This document shows positions 52,985 through 64,000 of a stretch of DNA of 64,000 bases, in pieces. The notes beneath the pieces were generated by a model that worked only from the letters and a program-made list of their open reading frames with translations, ran no database searches and was not told the DNA's origin. This stretch comes from Eledone cirrhosa. Taxonomy: Eukaryota. Within the stretch, counting starts at the first letter, position 1; every line of letters starts with the position of its first letter. The position numbers were made by a program, and so were the translations under genes. The stretch covers positions 137,826,001 to 137,890,000 of the forward strand of contig OZ024742.1 in NCBI GenBank assembly GCA_964016885.1, read 5' to 3'.

Positions 52985-54369
52985 AAAAAATATTTACACA
53001 ATAAAGATAGATACAAACATAATCAACACAGATAGAGTAAACAACAATACACAACAAAACACAACTCTAAAATGCATAGCGAATACTGACCAACAAAAAC
53101 TGATTTAGGACAGCACAGCGAAAAGTACAAATGAAAAGAAAAATGAGATGGAATATGTAGGTACAGGGTAACAAAAAAGACGGAATTAAGGACAGCAATA
53201 TGATAAATAATGAAATAATCACAATCTTCAAACAATGGAAGATCTCCTTATGGACGAAAGAATACACCTCCCAAAGATAAATATCAATGGTGAAATATCA
53301 ACAATAGTCTTAACAAAGACTAACCTGACCAAGCTAGATTTAACATAAACAAAAACGTTAGTATCATAAGGGTAAATAACGTGATATATTCAGCGGTCCC
53401 ATGTGCTGAAAAAGATAAAAACAAGAAAAGAAACAAAACTCCAAAACATGGAAATGAAAGTTAAAATAAAAGAAGATAGGAAATAAACAAAATACCTTCG
53501 AATCTTAATGGAAATAGTAAAGAAAATAACACAAGGAAAAAGGAAGAAAATTAAGACGAATTAAAGAAATACAATTTAATAGAAAAGGGAATCACTCAAA
53601 CTAAGGAATGCCTAAGAGAACAAATATTTGCAAAGGCATAAATAATCCGGAGATATGAAAATTGGCAACATTTTTTCTCGACAAAATCAACAATTACACT
53701 CTAACTAAACCGATAATACAAGGAATGTAGTATATGCCAAATAGTGGTAAATGTAGCCCCCCCCCCCTAAAAGTAGTGGAAGAGTTCTAGGTAGGTTTGT
53801 TAGCAGCAGGGGAATCCTCCACACAAAAACAGTAAGATCAACAAACTCAGTCCCTGAACAACTATGGGAAGAAATCCCAACAGAAGAAAAGAGAAAACTG
53901 GAAGGCACAGGGCTAAGACAAAATCCAAACTTTCAGGTGACATATTTAACAGAGACACATGGATACATGCACAAACTTGTTGACGTTGAAAGAAATAGCA
54001 TTCGACTGGAGTACTAACGGGCGTTTACGTTGATCATCGAGACTAAAACACAAGAAACTCTAGAGCTAAACCTCTAAACTACAATCCCCTAAACTACAAT
54101 CTAAGCGGCCTTTACTGTAATAATATTGCAGAAATTGACAAAACACTTAAAAATAAAAACATTCCCAGAAGAGCAAATGTAATGTTGCAAAACTCATGAC
54201 TGCAAAAATTAATTATTAATTAAAAGAAAAAAAAAAACGATAACAGAAGACTGCAGATAATTGTGAAGCAAATCACAGCATAGCATGAATTCATTATATA
54301 GAAGGCTTTTCGCGGTGTTTTCAATACTTGGATATCAAACAGACTAGAAATAATCAAAGTATACATATA
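52985..54369 (+). pseudogene. Ancient R4/Dong-like LINE remnant, interrupted by a Helitron
   Basis: EQIFAKA*IIRRYE..RQNQ, PEEQ.C.K...CK..LLI, A*I..Y.KAF..V..WI..LE; traces resume after 56303. Confidence 0.55.
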
Positions 54370-56302
54370 CTAGCCACCCGGGAATCACCCCGGCCTATAC
54401 TGTGCTCAAATCTATCTATTAGGCACCTATAGACATCTACTGCACTACAGCACTTCAGTATATACAACGTTTTTAACCTTTTTTCGTTAGATCATATATG
54501 AAGTGTTTGTGGGGGCTTCCTGGTCTGGAATAATGGATATACAATTGACAATGTGAGAAAGAGCACTTTGCTTGATGAAAATCAACAATCTGCAGTGTTT
54601 TATGTTGGGACTTGTTAATGGTCATTGCACAACTGTCTCTCATTGAGAATTGCAATCGTTTGAAACAAAAAGGGAATCTGATGGAATTATCTGATGATAT
54701 TAGCGGGATTCTAGGTATAAATACGATGTCTCCCTTACCACATCCAGTGAAGATTTTGATTTCGATAAGGAGAGGCTGTAGATCAGTTACAAACATGCGC
54801 GGCCCATTGCACAATCATCGCTGATACTGGTTCCAGAGAAGCATGGTGATTGTGATATTTTTTTCAATTCAAGGTTGTAAGGTACCATACCAGATGGTTC
54901 AAGACTGTTGAGAAATTCATCATGATAATGAACAGCTTCGTCCTCTTCAACAACTTTGTCGATTGATTTATTGGTCTGGCTTACTCCAAGGATCATTTCT
55001 GAGAGATTTTTGTCGATGGCATTCACTGTGATATTTTGGCGGGAAAGGATTGCTCTTTCTCACAGCCACTCCTTGTTGGAATGGTTGATTTCGAAATTGG
55101 GAACACTTGATTAATTATGTTTACAACGCTTAATGTGATGTTGACGGTGAAAGAAATAACATTCGACTGGCGTACTAACGGGCCTTTAGCTTGGCCAGAT
55201 GTAGAATCAAAACATGCTTCAGTATAAAGGTATTGCTTTTGTATACATTTAAACGGCTGAGAGGTGCTTCTCTGTAACTCCAATGGCCCCTTGCTCTTCC
55301 CTCCTCAGTTAATGCCACTAAAGAAATCTATGAGGCTGGTAAAATCCGAGGAAAACCCCCAAATCCATTTATGGAAAGGAAGGCGATTGCGTGCATGTCA
55401 GAGGTCAGATTAGTAAAAATCATGAAAATATGTCAATGGCTGAGTGGAGCTTATCTGCAACTCCGAGTGTCCCCCCCCCCCCTTAACTTCCTGCCTCCGT
55501 ATTCGGAAAAAGGTGTTCTTAGTAAGTGAGTCGGGTATCAGATCGGTTGAAAATAAGCGAAAAAAGAAAAAAAGAAAAAGAAAAGAAGATCCCTCAGAAT
55601 AAATCTCGAGGGTCAACCCCTGGCACCTCACACTCTACTACTGATATAGCGGCCGTGTTAGAAGTTGGATGCCTCGTCGGACAAATTTCATTGTGTTTGC
55701 ACAAACCTGGCAGACTCGGAAACGTTGTTGACCTATTTGCACACATTTTATACGCTCCCTGCTGTTCCCCATTCCGTTTTCGAGGGGAATGGGAGATTGT
55801 GAGCATGCTGGAGGTCAGATGAGTTGAAAACACTCAAAAATTCTCTTTGAGTTTCCTATCGGCTGCTTTTCTATAAATTTAAACGGTTGAGATATGCTTA
55901 TCTGTAACTCCAGTGGTCGCCGCCACCCCACGCCTCCGTTTTAAGGAAAATGAGTCGTTGGTGAGCGAGTCAGATAATAAATCTTTCAATAACAAACGAA
56001 AACACCTAGAAATATTTTAGTGAGTAAGAGAGAGAAGAAGGGGATTTAGTGAGAGGTGGAGTAGTATTTTACTCTCTGTATAGAGATAGTATGACGGACG
56101 AACAGACAGTCCTTAGAAAGAGCAATCAATTCTTCTCAACCCTCCTTCACCCCCATCCTGTTTTCGGGAAACGTCGACAGTGAGCATGTTGGAGGTCAGA
56201 TTAGTTGCAACCACACGAAAAACCTTGAATATTACCAATTTTATTTAGTGTTATTAGCGGTGAACTTACAAACCAACAAACTTCATTTTATAAGTATATA
56301 GA
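54370..56302 (-). mobile_element. Internally deleted Helitron with PIF1-family helicase remnant
   Basis: 5' A|TCtatatacttataaaatg at 56302; 3' hairpin ccggg..cccgg + CTAG|T at 54370; WL.ERAIL, EFLNSLEPSG..P..LELK, CNG.R..V, VFIPRIPL, FKRLQF..AMTINKSQ..L, FSH.QLY..SR; internal repeats gcatg..gaggtcagat. Confidence 0.88.
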
Positions 56303-57244
56303 TGATAAGTATATATATATTTATCATATATAGATTTTAATACAGACACACATACTGAAATATAATCGTTATGAAAAGGAATAAGAACATTATGAATAAG
56401 TGAAACGGTATGGTATTAATTTGAGAATGTACAATACATTGTGAGACTGCCGGAGGAGATGTTTAAATGTAAAACCGAGTGTCGTGATGTCGAAATGAAA
56501 TAAATAACTTTTATTGTGACATATAGATGAAATTTACGTAAAACTACTCACTAACGATTTTACAAAAATGAAAATCCTTCTATCAGAATTGCATTATGAT
56601 AATTCTAATTCTAATAGAAAGGTCTATTATACTTTCTCAGTTTGAAATCCTCATCCATTCCTCTCCTAGAAGCCAAGTGACTCCCGCTTGAGTATCTCTG
56701 ATGTAGAGATAGGCTGGTAACATTGTATCACATAGAACATCTAGTTGTTAGTATATATAGTAAGGAATACAGACGAAAATAGAAGAAGGGTGACGAAAAG
56801 CATGTGCTGGACGCCAAATTTTTATATATGAAGCGTCAAAATATATGGGTTAGGCTAGTTTAATGACAAGAGGAGGAGAAATAGTAAACAAGGGAGGAAA
56901 GTGCATTTGATATAATGGAAAAATCATGTAGGGACCAGCAAATCAGAGAGAAGGAATAGAGTAAAATAATTCCAAAATGTAGGACCGAAATCTCATTAAA
57001 TATTGACATTAGCAGGGAAGGAACGAGTACAAAGTATACAAAAGAATTAAGTAAAAAAGAATGTCCATTCACATATAATAATTATATATTAATATAAATA
57101 TACCCAAAAATATGCATGCGCACTCACAGATACACACATATATATGCACACACATACACACACACATACACACACATATATATATATATAATAGAAAAAC
57201 AAGGAGGTTTCGTTTACACATGAAAAATATTTATTGTGTATCGA

Positions 57245-57334
57245 CCTGTCACGGACGTGTCGCAGAGGATTAGCTCAAGGTAACCCATAGAAGTTATAGA
57301 CCCGACTCTAGTATTGATATGTTCTTCAGACTGG
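57245..57334 (-). ncRNA. Decayed long-stem-II hammerhead related to 31511-31602
   Basis: ccagt-CTGAAGA-..GAGTCGGGT..ACCTTGAGCT..gc-GAcA-cgtccg-TG-acagg. Confidence 0.5.
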
Positions 57335-57734
57335 TGACGTGACAAAAAGTATGATTTTGTTGTTTTATGTGCGTTGATATAGGAATCGGCCCTGTTTTTT
57401 GTGTGTGGGCATATGTGTGTATTGTGGTGTAATTAGTGGTGCTGCTATGCGGGTGTTTATTCAAAGGTATTCATGTGCATGTTTGCGTGCACGCGCGAGC
57501 ATTTAAGGATTCGTGAGTAGAGTATGCGCGCGCGTGGGTGGGTTTTGGAAATGTCTTTTGGACAGTGAAAGACTTGCTTTGGTATAAACAGGAAGCTGAA
57601 AGTGGGGGTGACACTATAGGAGGTGCTAGTTCATCATATCATTAAAGACAGTTCAAGTTTTTCTCAAAGAATGATACAAATTAAAAAAGAATGAATGGAA
57701 TTGGTTTGTTGTGGACGAAGATAATAGTGATAGG

Positions 57735-57850
57735 AATAATAATAATGGTTTCTTTATTGGCCACAAGGGTGTTGGAAATTGTAAATGAATCTTATATAGA
57801 ACAATAAATAGGACTGTAAATAGTTTGACTGAATTAACATTGCTCTTTTC
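57735..57850 (-). mobile_element. 3' tail of the L1/Tx1-like family seen at 7145-7700
   Basis: cccttgtggccaataaagaaacc(att)n on the minus strand. Confidence 0.5.
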
Positions 57851-58110
57851 AACTCAAAAAGTTAAACTCGTCGCGTCTTGCTCCTTAAATAGATTAATCG
57901 AACGACAATATGGTTGATTCCATATATCCCAAGATCTCCCCAACAGAAACGAAATTTCGGCCCCACATTCTCTATTAATACAGAGACACACACACAAGCA
58001 CACAAACACACCCAGTCGATCGATTTTCGTCAAATCGGACCGAGGAAACAATGTTTCCGTTGGTCTTTCCAATTGCTAGTAATCTTTATTGGTCACAACG
58101 CCAGATAAAA

Positions 58111-58226
58111 GGAGCAACGTGAAATAAAGTGTATTGCTCAAGGATATAACGCATTACCCGGCCCAGGATTCGAAATCACAACCTTACAATTGCTAATCCA
58201 ATTCTCTTAGCACTCAGCCACGCGCC

Positions 58227-58228
<2 letters not shown>
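58111..58228 (-). mobile_element. tRNA-derived CORE-like SINE (second family)
   Basis: ggcgcgtggctgagtg A-box, atttcgaatcc B-box, tccttgagcaatacactttatttcacgttgctcc core. Confidence 0.75.
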
Positions 58229-58318
<90 letters not shown>

Positions 58319-58538
58319 GTGTGTGTATGTGTGTGTGTGTGTGTGTGTGTTCTATACATTCCCTTTTGTATATATATATATATATGTGTAATTTTTGAGT
58401 TTATGTTGGTTGTATACCAACACCTCAGTATGCAGGCTGGATCACTCGACGAAGTGCGCAGGTTGGTTTGGTTACTCCGGAGTAGTGTAAAATAAAGTTT
58501 AAAAAAAATCAAATGATTAAAATTTAGCTTCGTTTATT

Positions 58539-58593
58539 ACTGCTATATATATTTCAGTGACAGCCATCTTTGGCTGTGACCTCTTCAGGCAGT
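58539..58593 (-). ncRNA. Type-I hammerhead (inverted copy)
   Basis: actgc-CTGAAGA-ggtc.acagcca.aaga.tggctgt.cact-GAAA-tatata-TA-gcagt. Confidence 0.78.
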
Positions 58594-58765
58594 TTGAATT
58601 AGTATGGTATAGACAAGTACATATGTTGTTTAGGTGTATAATATTGTCATATGACTCCAGTTCCTCAGTGAATTAACAACCAAACAAGGAACTGGGCATA
58701 TCAGAGTATTGAGAATATTATACACCTAAACAACATATGTACTTGTCTATACCATACTTATTCAA

Positions 58766-58820
58766 ACTGCCTGAAGAGGTCACAGCCAAAGATGGCTGTC
58801 ATTGAAATATATATAGCAGT
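58766..58820 (+). ncRNA. Type-I hammerhead
   Basis: Same fold; palindromic stem III tatata, AUA triplet. Confidence 0.75.
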
Positions 58821-58873
58821 AATAAACGAAGGTAAATTTTAATCATTTGACTTTTATTTAACTTTATTTTATA

Positions 58874-58926
<53 letters not shown>

Positions 58927-58938
<12 letters not shown>

Positions 58939-59301
58939 ATGTATATATAATGTATTTTGCAATACACTTTATGCTTAATTAAAAGCATTTTGACCGTAAG
59001 CTATTGTTTTAAAGTAGTGACAAATTCACTCAATTTGATCTCACCAAACAGGGGAGATAAGCCGACAAGACTTGTTTCGCTTTGGTTGAAGCTTATCAAG
59101 GCCAACTACCCCACCTGTTTGCTGAGATCATTGATGTTATATTCTTATAGAAATCTAGTAAATAATCAGGAGCTGATTATGCAGAGCGGTTGTTGGTCAG
59201 GCAGAAATTAAAAATTATAATTGGAGCTCTGAAATAGCAATATATATATGGATGTATATATAATGTATTTTGCAATACACTTTATGCTTAATTAAAAGCA
59301 T
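58927..59301 (-). mobile_element. ~313-bp non-coding HHR unit with terminal direct redundancy (family C)
   Basis: Perfect ~60-bp direct repeat with period 313; homologous to 51259-51642. Confidence 0.75.
59060..59103 (-). ncRNA. Type-I hammerhead with U3-A8 core
   Basis: ggcc-TTGATAA-gctt.caacca.aagc-GAAA-caag.t.cttg-TC-ggct. Confidence 0.78.
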
Positions 59302-59583
59302 CACTATCAACATCACTTTTATTATTATTATTGTTGTTCTTGTTGTTAGTGGTGGTAGTCGACATGGTCGTAGGCGTAGTCATAATAAATAATACCCCTA
59401 AGCATTATTATTGTTCATTTAGCTTGGGTTGGAATTTATCAATAAAATTATTTTCTTTAATTTTTCTCTTGATTTCACTTGGGCTGTGTAGTTTGTAGAA
59501 TGGAAATATTATACAATATGTCGACTACCACCACTAACAACAACAATAACAATAATAATAATAAAAGTGATGCTGATAGTGAT
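59300..59583. repeat. 66-bp inverted repeat
   Basis: Arms 59300-59365 and 59518-59583. Confidence 0.85.
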
Positions 59584-60017
59584 GATTACTGAAGATTTTT
59601 TATAAAAACCCTAGAAACAGCTATTTTCATCATTTCTAAAAATAGCAAAACAATTAATGCTTTGGACAGGGTCAAATATAGGTCGTTAGACATGCTGAAC
59701 GAACCGTGATGCCTAAACCAATCAGCTTTGGTAATCTAGTGAAACCACACACCGATTGGTCGAAATACAGTTTGCGAAACTTAGAATTCTGTAGCCCCTT
59801 TTTACTGTATATATGGCACAAATTTTAGCCATCTCATTACAGTCGAAAATTGCAAACTTGTCTGTCACCACTGAATATGAATCTGAAGATTGCGAAATCA
59901 TGAAAGTACTTGTTTTATTAACATTTAATATTCTACCATACTATTTCATTATAATATTATAATTTTAAAGGATTGTAAATAAAACGAGTAAATCAGACAA
60001 AGTTGGAATTCCTTGTA

Positions 60018-60072
<55 letters not shown>

Positions 60073-60265
60073 GGAAAAAATGAAACGGAATTTCATTTCC
60101 CACTCTTAATACTTAGAGTGGGAAATGAAATTTCGTTTCATCTTTTTCCGTTTATCGTTTTCGGTGCACCCGGCCGATTAACCCACTCGATATGCAAATT
60201 GGGCCACTCAGCCGTTAATATGCATAAGGTAAGTATATACATTCAACAATCTGGCAGGAAGGTAT

Positions 60266-60308
60266 ACGTTGCTGACGATATCTAATAAGCTTGAAACTAG
60301 TACAGCGT
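60266..60308 (+). ncRNA. Minimal type-I hammerhead
   Basis: acgttg-CTGACGA-t.atct.aata.agct.t-GAAA-ctag-TA-cagcgt. Confidence 0.72.
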
Positions 60309-60689
60309 TCCTTTGTCAGTGTTGAACAAACGAGCAACGGTGGTTGCTGGACACTACGGCTTAATACGGGATGTTTGTTTACAAACACACCGAACATTAT
60401 AATAAATGTTCGGTGAATCCATACGTACGTATATATATATATATGTGCATGTATGTATATATATATACATACTACTGTACGTCTGTATACATATATGTAT
60501 GTACGTGTACATACTTATATTTAAGTAACAGCCGTACTAAGAGTGGGAAATGAAATTTCGTTTAATTTTTTCAGTTTATCGTTTTCGGTGCACCCCGCTG
60601 ATTAACCCACTCGATATCCAAATTGGGCTACTCAACCGTTAATATGCATAAGGTAAGTATATACGTTGAACAATCTGGCAGGAAGGTAT

Positions 60690-60732
60690 ACGTTGATGAC
60701 GATAGCTAATAAGCTTGAAACTACTACAGCGT
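60690..60732 (+). ncRNA. Second hammerhead copy (C3A mutated, stem II perfect)
   Basis: acgttg-ATGACGA-t.agct.aata.agct.t-GAAA-ctac-TA-cagcgt. Confidence 0.6.
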
Positions 60733-60935
60733 TCCTTTGTCAGTGTTGAACAAACGAGCAACGATGGTTGCTGGACACTACGGCTTAATACGGGATGTTT
60801 GTTTACAAACACACCAAGCATTATAATAAATGTTCGATGAATCCATACGTACATATACATATGTGTGCGTGTATGTATATATATATATACATACTACTGT
60901 ACGTCTGTATACATATATGTATGTACGTGTACATA

Positions 60936-60988
<53 letters not shown>

Positions 60989-62123
60989 GTGTGTGTATAT
61001 AACTATGTGTATATGAGTATATACATTTTTAGAGTAAATGGAATCTGGTTGCCTACATACATGCAAATATATATTTTTCTACGACAATCTAAATGATCAA
61101 CTACGCCTTCATAAACGTCACATTCTCGCTACATCATCACACCTTTCGTTGTACACATTATTTCTCTATCACCCATTTATCGCAGCTTTGTTTTCTTTCT
61201 ATTTCCTGTTTAATCATCTAATTTTTTTGCTAGAAGAAATTTACTTACTCAGAAGTTACCATCTGTTGTTTTACCATATAATGACTGAATGTTATGTAAG
61301 TCGTTTTACATATCCATCAACATTTGGAATAGTTTTCTCAGATAGTCTTTGATTTATATAAGATCCTTGTTATTTTATGACTATTTATATTTTTGCAATT
61401 TAAGTTCCATTCAAATTTGTTATTGATATTTGATCTCATGGATATTATCAATTGCATATTATCTTTCATGTGTTTAGTTCTATTGTTGCTACTGATCCTA
61501 CAATTACAATCCGATGATGGCTGCAGAATAAACGAATCGTTTGAGTGGCATTGGCCTGAATTTCTTTCTGTATGTATCCCGCCTCAGCCTTCTGAAGTCA
61601 AAAATATATAACTGTATTAAGATATATAATCTCACAATGTCATGAACAATGTTTGGCATTGTATGAAAATTGTTGAACAGTATCTAATAAAAACAGAACA
61701 CATTATTAAAGGGAACAAAAAAGGAAGAAAGAAGAAAAGGAAAGAAATTGAAGGAAGGAAACGAAAAAAGTATCAAGCAGCGAAAGAAAAGAAGGGTGAA
61801 CAGACACTACACCACAATTTTAGTGGTGCCACGATCGCGTCCGGGGACAAAATGGCAAGGATAGTACTGCAAAGAATAGCCAGAGACACGCACTGTAACA
61901 GCCACCTGATATCACAGAGCTTCCTCCTCAAGTGGTCCGCTGTCTTTGCAACTTTACAAACGAAATCAGCTGTGTGTCGACCAAAGACGCAAGAGGTCTT
62001 GACGGAGACCGGTGCAATGAGGAAGAGGTCGGTTAGGCCTCGCTATTTGACAATTCAAGTCATCGACATGCAGTGTATGTATGTATGGCTGGAGCATCTT
62101 TGATCAGATCAATTCTGTCTAAG

Positions 62124-62181
62124 ATAATTGTTTCTACTTTAGGCACAAGGCCAGCAATTAACCACAGTGCATTACTGGTAC
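62124..62181 (-). mobile_element. SINE family A 3' fragment
   Basis: Tail sequence only. Confidence 0.8.
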
Positions 62182-62567
62182 GTCTATGATAATGCTGGGT
62201 TTTAAGGGATTACAGTAATTACTGCCTCTTTAAGATAATAGCATTGATTTGGCTGATATTTCTAATATGCTAAGCGACAATATAGAAGATCTATTCTTAT
62301 ATATGCAAATATATATGTATATATCTATTTTGGTATGTTTGAATGAATGCATGTATGTATGTATACATGTATGTATGTATGTAGCTGATGTATATAAATT
62401 AGTATGTTTATAATTTAGTAATAGTTTGTAAATGTAGACACTGGAATGTTTTGAGTTTGCACCTGTGCGTAATCTCTTGTTCCGATTTGATTCTGGTTTC
62501 GATTTGCATGCGTATATTACCGCGCATGCACTAATAAAAGTAACTACATAACGGTATTTTAGAAACA

Positions 62568-62753
62568 AGGGCGGTGGATTGGCAGTATCGGTAGAGGGTC
62601 GGACGCCATGCTTTCAAGCATAGTTACGTCCCTTTACGATCTGAGTTCAAATCCCGCCGAGGTTGACTTTGCCTTTCATCCTTACGGGGTCGATAAAATA
62701 AAGTACCAGTAATGCACTGGGTAATTGCTGGCCTTGTGCCTAAAGTAGAAACA
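62568..62753 (+). mobile_element. SINE family A, full length
   Basis: Perfect 15-bp TSD ggtattttagaaaca at 62553-62567 and 62754-62768. Confidence 0.93.
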
Positions 62754-63067
62754 GGTATTTTAGAAACATATATCGTATAATTTGTACGAGCATTCAGTCG
62801 CTAGATTAAATGATTCAGGGAAATACGTGAACGAGGTTGAGTAATCCACAACAGTCTCAGCAGGACACAGTGTGGCAAGGATAGTCCTTTGAATTACAGG
62901 TAGAAACTATTAGGTAGGTGTCATGCGACCTATACAACTTCCCCGCGCAAAGGTTAAGTAGAAATTACGATATTATAAAAGCTAATTATCGAAAATGAAG
63001 CACATTTCGATTGTAGCAGGAAACTTTTGATTGCGAAGCGAATATATTAGACAACTGTTTATATATA

Positions 63068-63200
63068 TCTTTCTATATATAAAACGGAAGATGCCTGTCT
63101 GTGTGTGTGTATGATTTTTATGCATTTCTACATTTCTCTACCGATTTTGATGATTTGTTTCCAATGTGCTCCAAATTTATCAAGGATGGACAACGCCTAA
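63068..63200 (+). mobile_element. Possible Helitron/Helentron 5' end
   Basis: a|tc..tctatatataaaa..tgtctgtgtgtg..accgattttgatg; no 3' end identified. Confidence 0.35.
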
Positions 63201-63814
63201 TAAACATTGCCAAGAATTCTCTGCTTCTATGAAAAAAAATCGATAAAACTATATACACGCTGTAACCCTCTCTCTTACACGCTTAATTCCTCTCACTACT
63301 ACCCTAAAAAATCTATGAAACTACATACATGTTGCAACTCTCTCTCTATATATATATATATCACACACACACAAACACATATATATATAAAGACAGAGAG
63401 AGAGAGAAAGAGAGAGAGAGGGTATGAGAAAAAAGGGAGAAGGGTTGAGAAAGAAAGAAAGTTTAAGCAAAGAATCGCTGCTTTCAACATTAACGGGATC
63501 GTCTTAAACTAAAAAATTCAATCCGTGAACGCAGAATTAAATATTTCGAGAAACGTTGCAACCGAAGGAAAACAGGAAGACGATATTTTGGTTCGTGAAG
63601 ACGTTCCGTGGTAATGAACGGAAAAAAAGCGAGGATAATAAGTCGTTATGTGGACCGCGAAGAACAATTTCATGCAAAGACGAGACCAAGTTTATGGTGT
63701 AGATGGAGTCATTAGACTAATATTCTATTTAAAATAACCGAATGATTTCCAGTCCCGGAGTTTAAGAATGGTGTAAATAAAATTGTAAACGAAAATGACA
63801 GAGGTAATTAAAAT

Positions 63815-63932
63815 AGTTCTTTCTACTTTTGGCACAAGGCTAGCAATTATCCAGTACATTACTGGTACTTATTTTATCAACCCCGTAAGGATGAAAGGCA
63901 AAGTTAACCTCGACGGGATTTTAACTTTGCCT
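63815..63932 (-). mobile_element. SINE family A, 5'-truncated
   Basis: Core and tail present. Confidence 0.85.
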
Positions 63933-64000
63933 TAAAATAGTAAAAGTAAATAGTGAAGATTTAGACCAGTACATACGTATGCGCCGACGGACATATACAT

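Larger units (their letters stand above)
58488..58871. repeat. ~158-bp inverted repeat with an HHR in each arm (fold-back pseudo-LTR)
   Basis: Arms 58488-58645 and 58714-58871. Confidence 0.9.
60068..60940 (+). mobile_element. Tandem 424-bp non-coding HHR units with a 5' fold-back
   Basis: Units ~60113-60537 and 60538-60940; inverted 5' piece 60068-60108; (TA)n flanks. Confidence 0.8.

Noticed and set aside
61642-62103. 153-aa ORF
   Set aside because: Low-complexity A-rich start, no recognisable domain; probably a repeat remnant

Overview
AT-rich, microsatellite-dense eukaryotic (animal) intronic/intergenic DNA. The SINE families and the (TA)n/(CA)n load suggest a cephalopod such as Octopus; this is an inference. 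No intact host CDS is recognisable. The window is a layered set of decayed transposable elements: several Penelope-like element (PLE) remnants (RT and GIY-YIG, with inverted or tandem pseudo-LTRs), three or four R4/Dong-type RLE LINE remnants, RTE LINE fragments, a Ty3/gypsy LTR+gag+protease remnant, L1/Tx1-like 3' ends, Helitrons (one with PIF1-type helicase remnants), mariner ends, and about 14 tRNA-derived SINE copies. The main signal not shown by the ORF track is RNA structure. By hand I found 18 type-I hammerhead ribozyme (HHR)-like motifs of about 10 sequence types. They include U3-A8 covariant cores, long-stem-II forms sharing a conserved internal motif, and short non-coding units (~310 bp and ~424 bp) with terminal redundancy that look like non-autonomous retrozyme families. 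A few canonical splice-site-bounded segments at 42.2-43.5 kb (minus strand) may be exons of an unidentified or decayed host gene. All folds were paired by eye and none is computed or tested.
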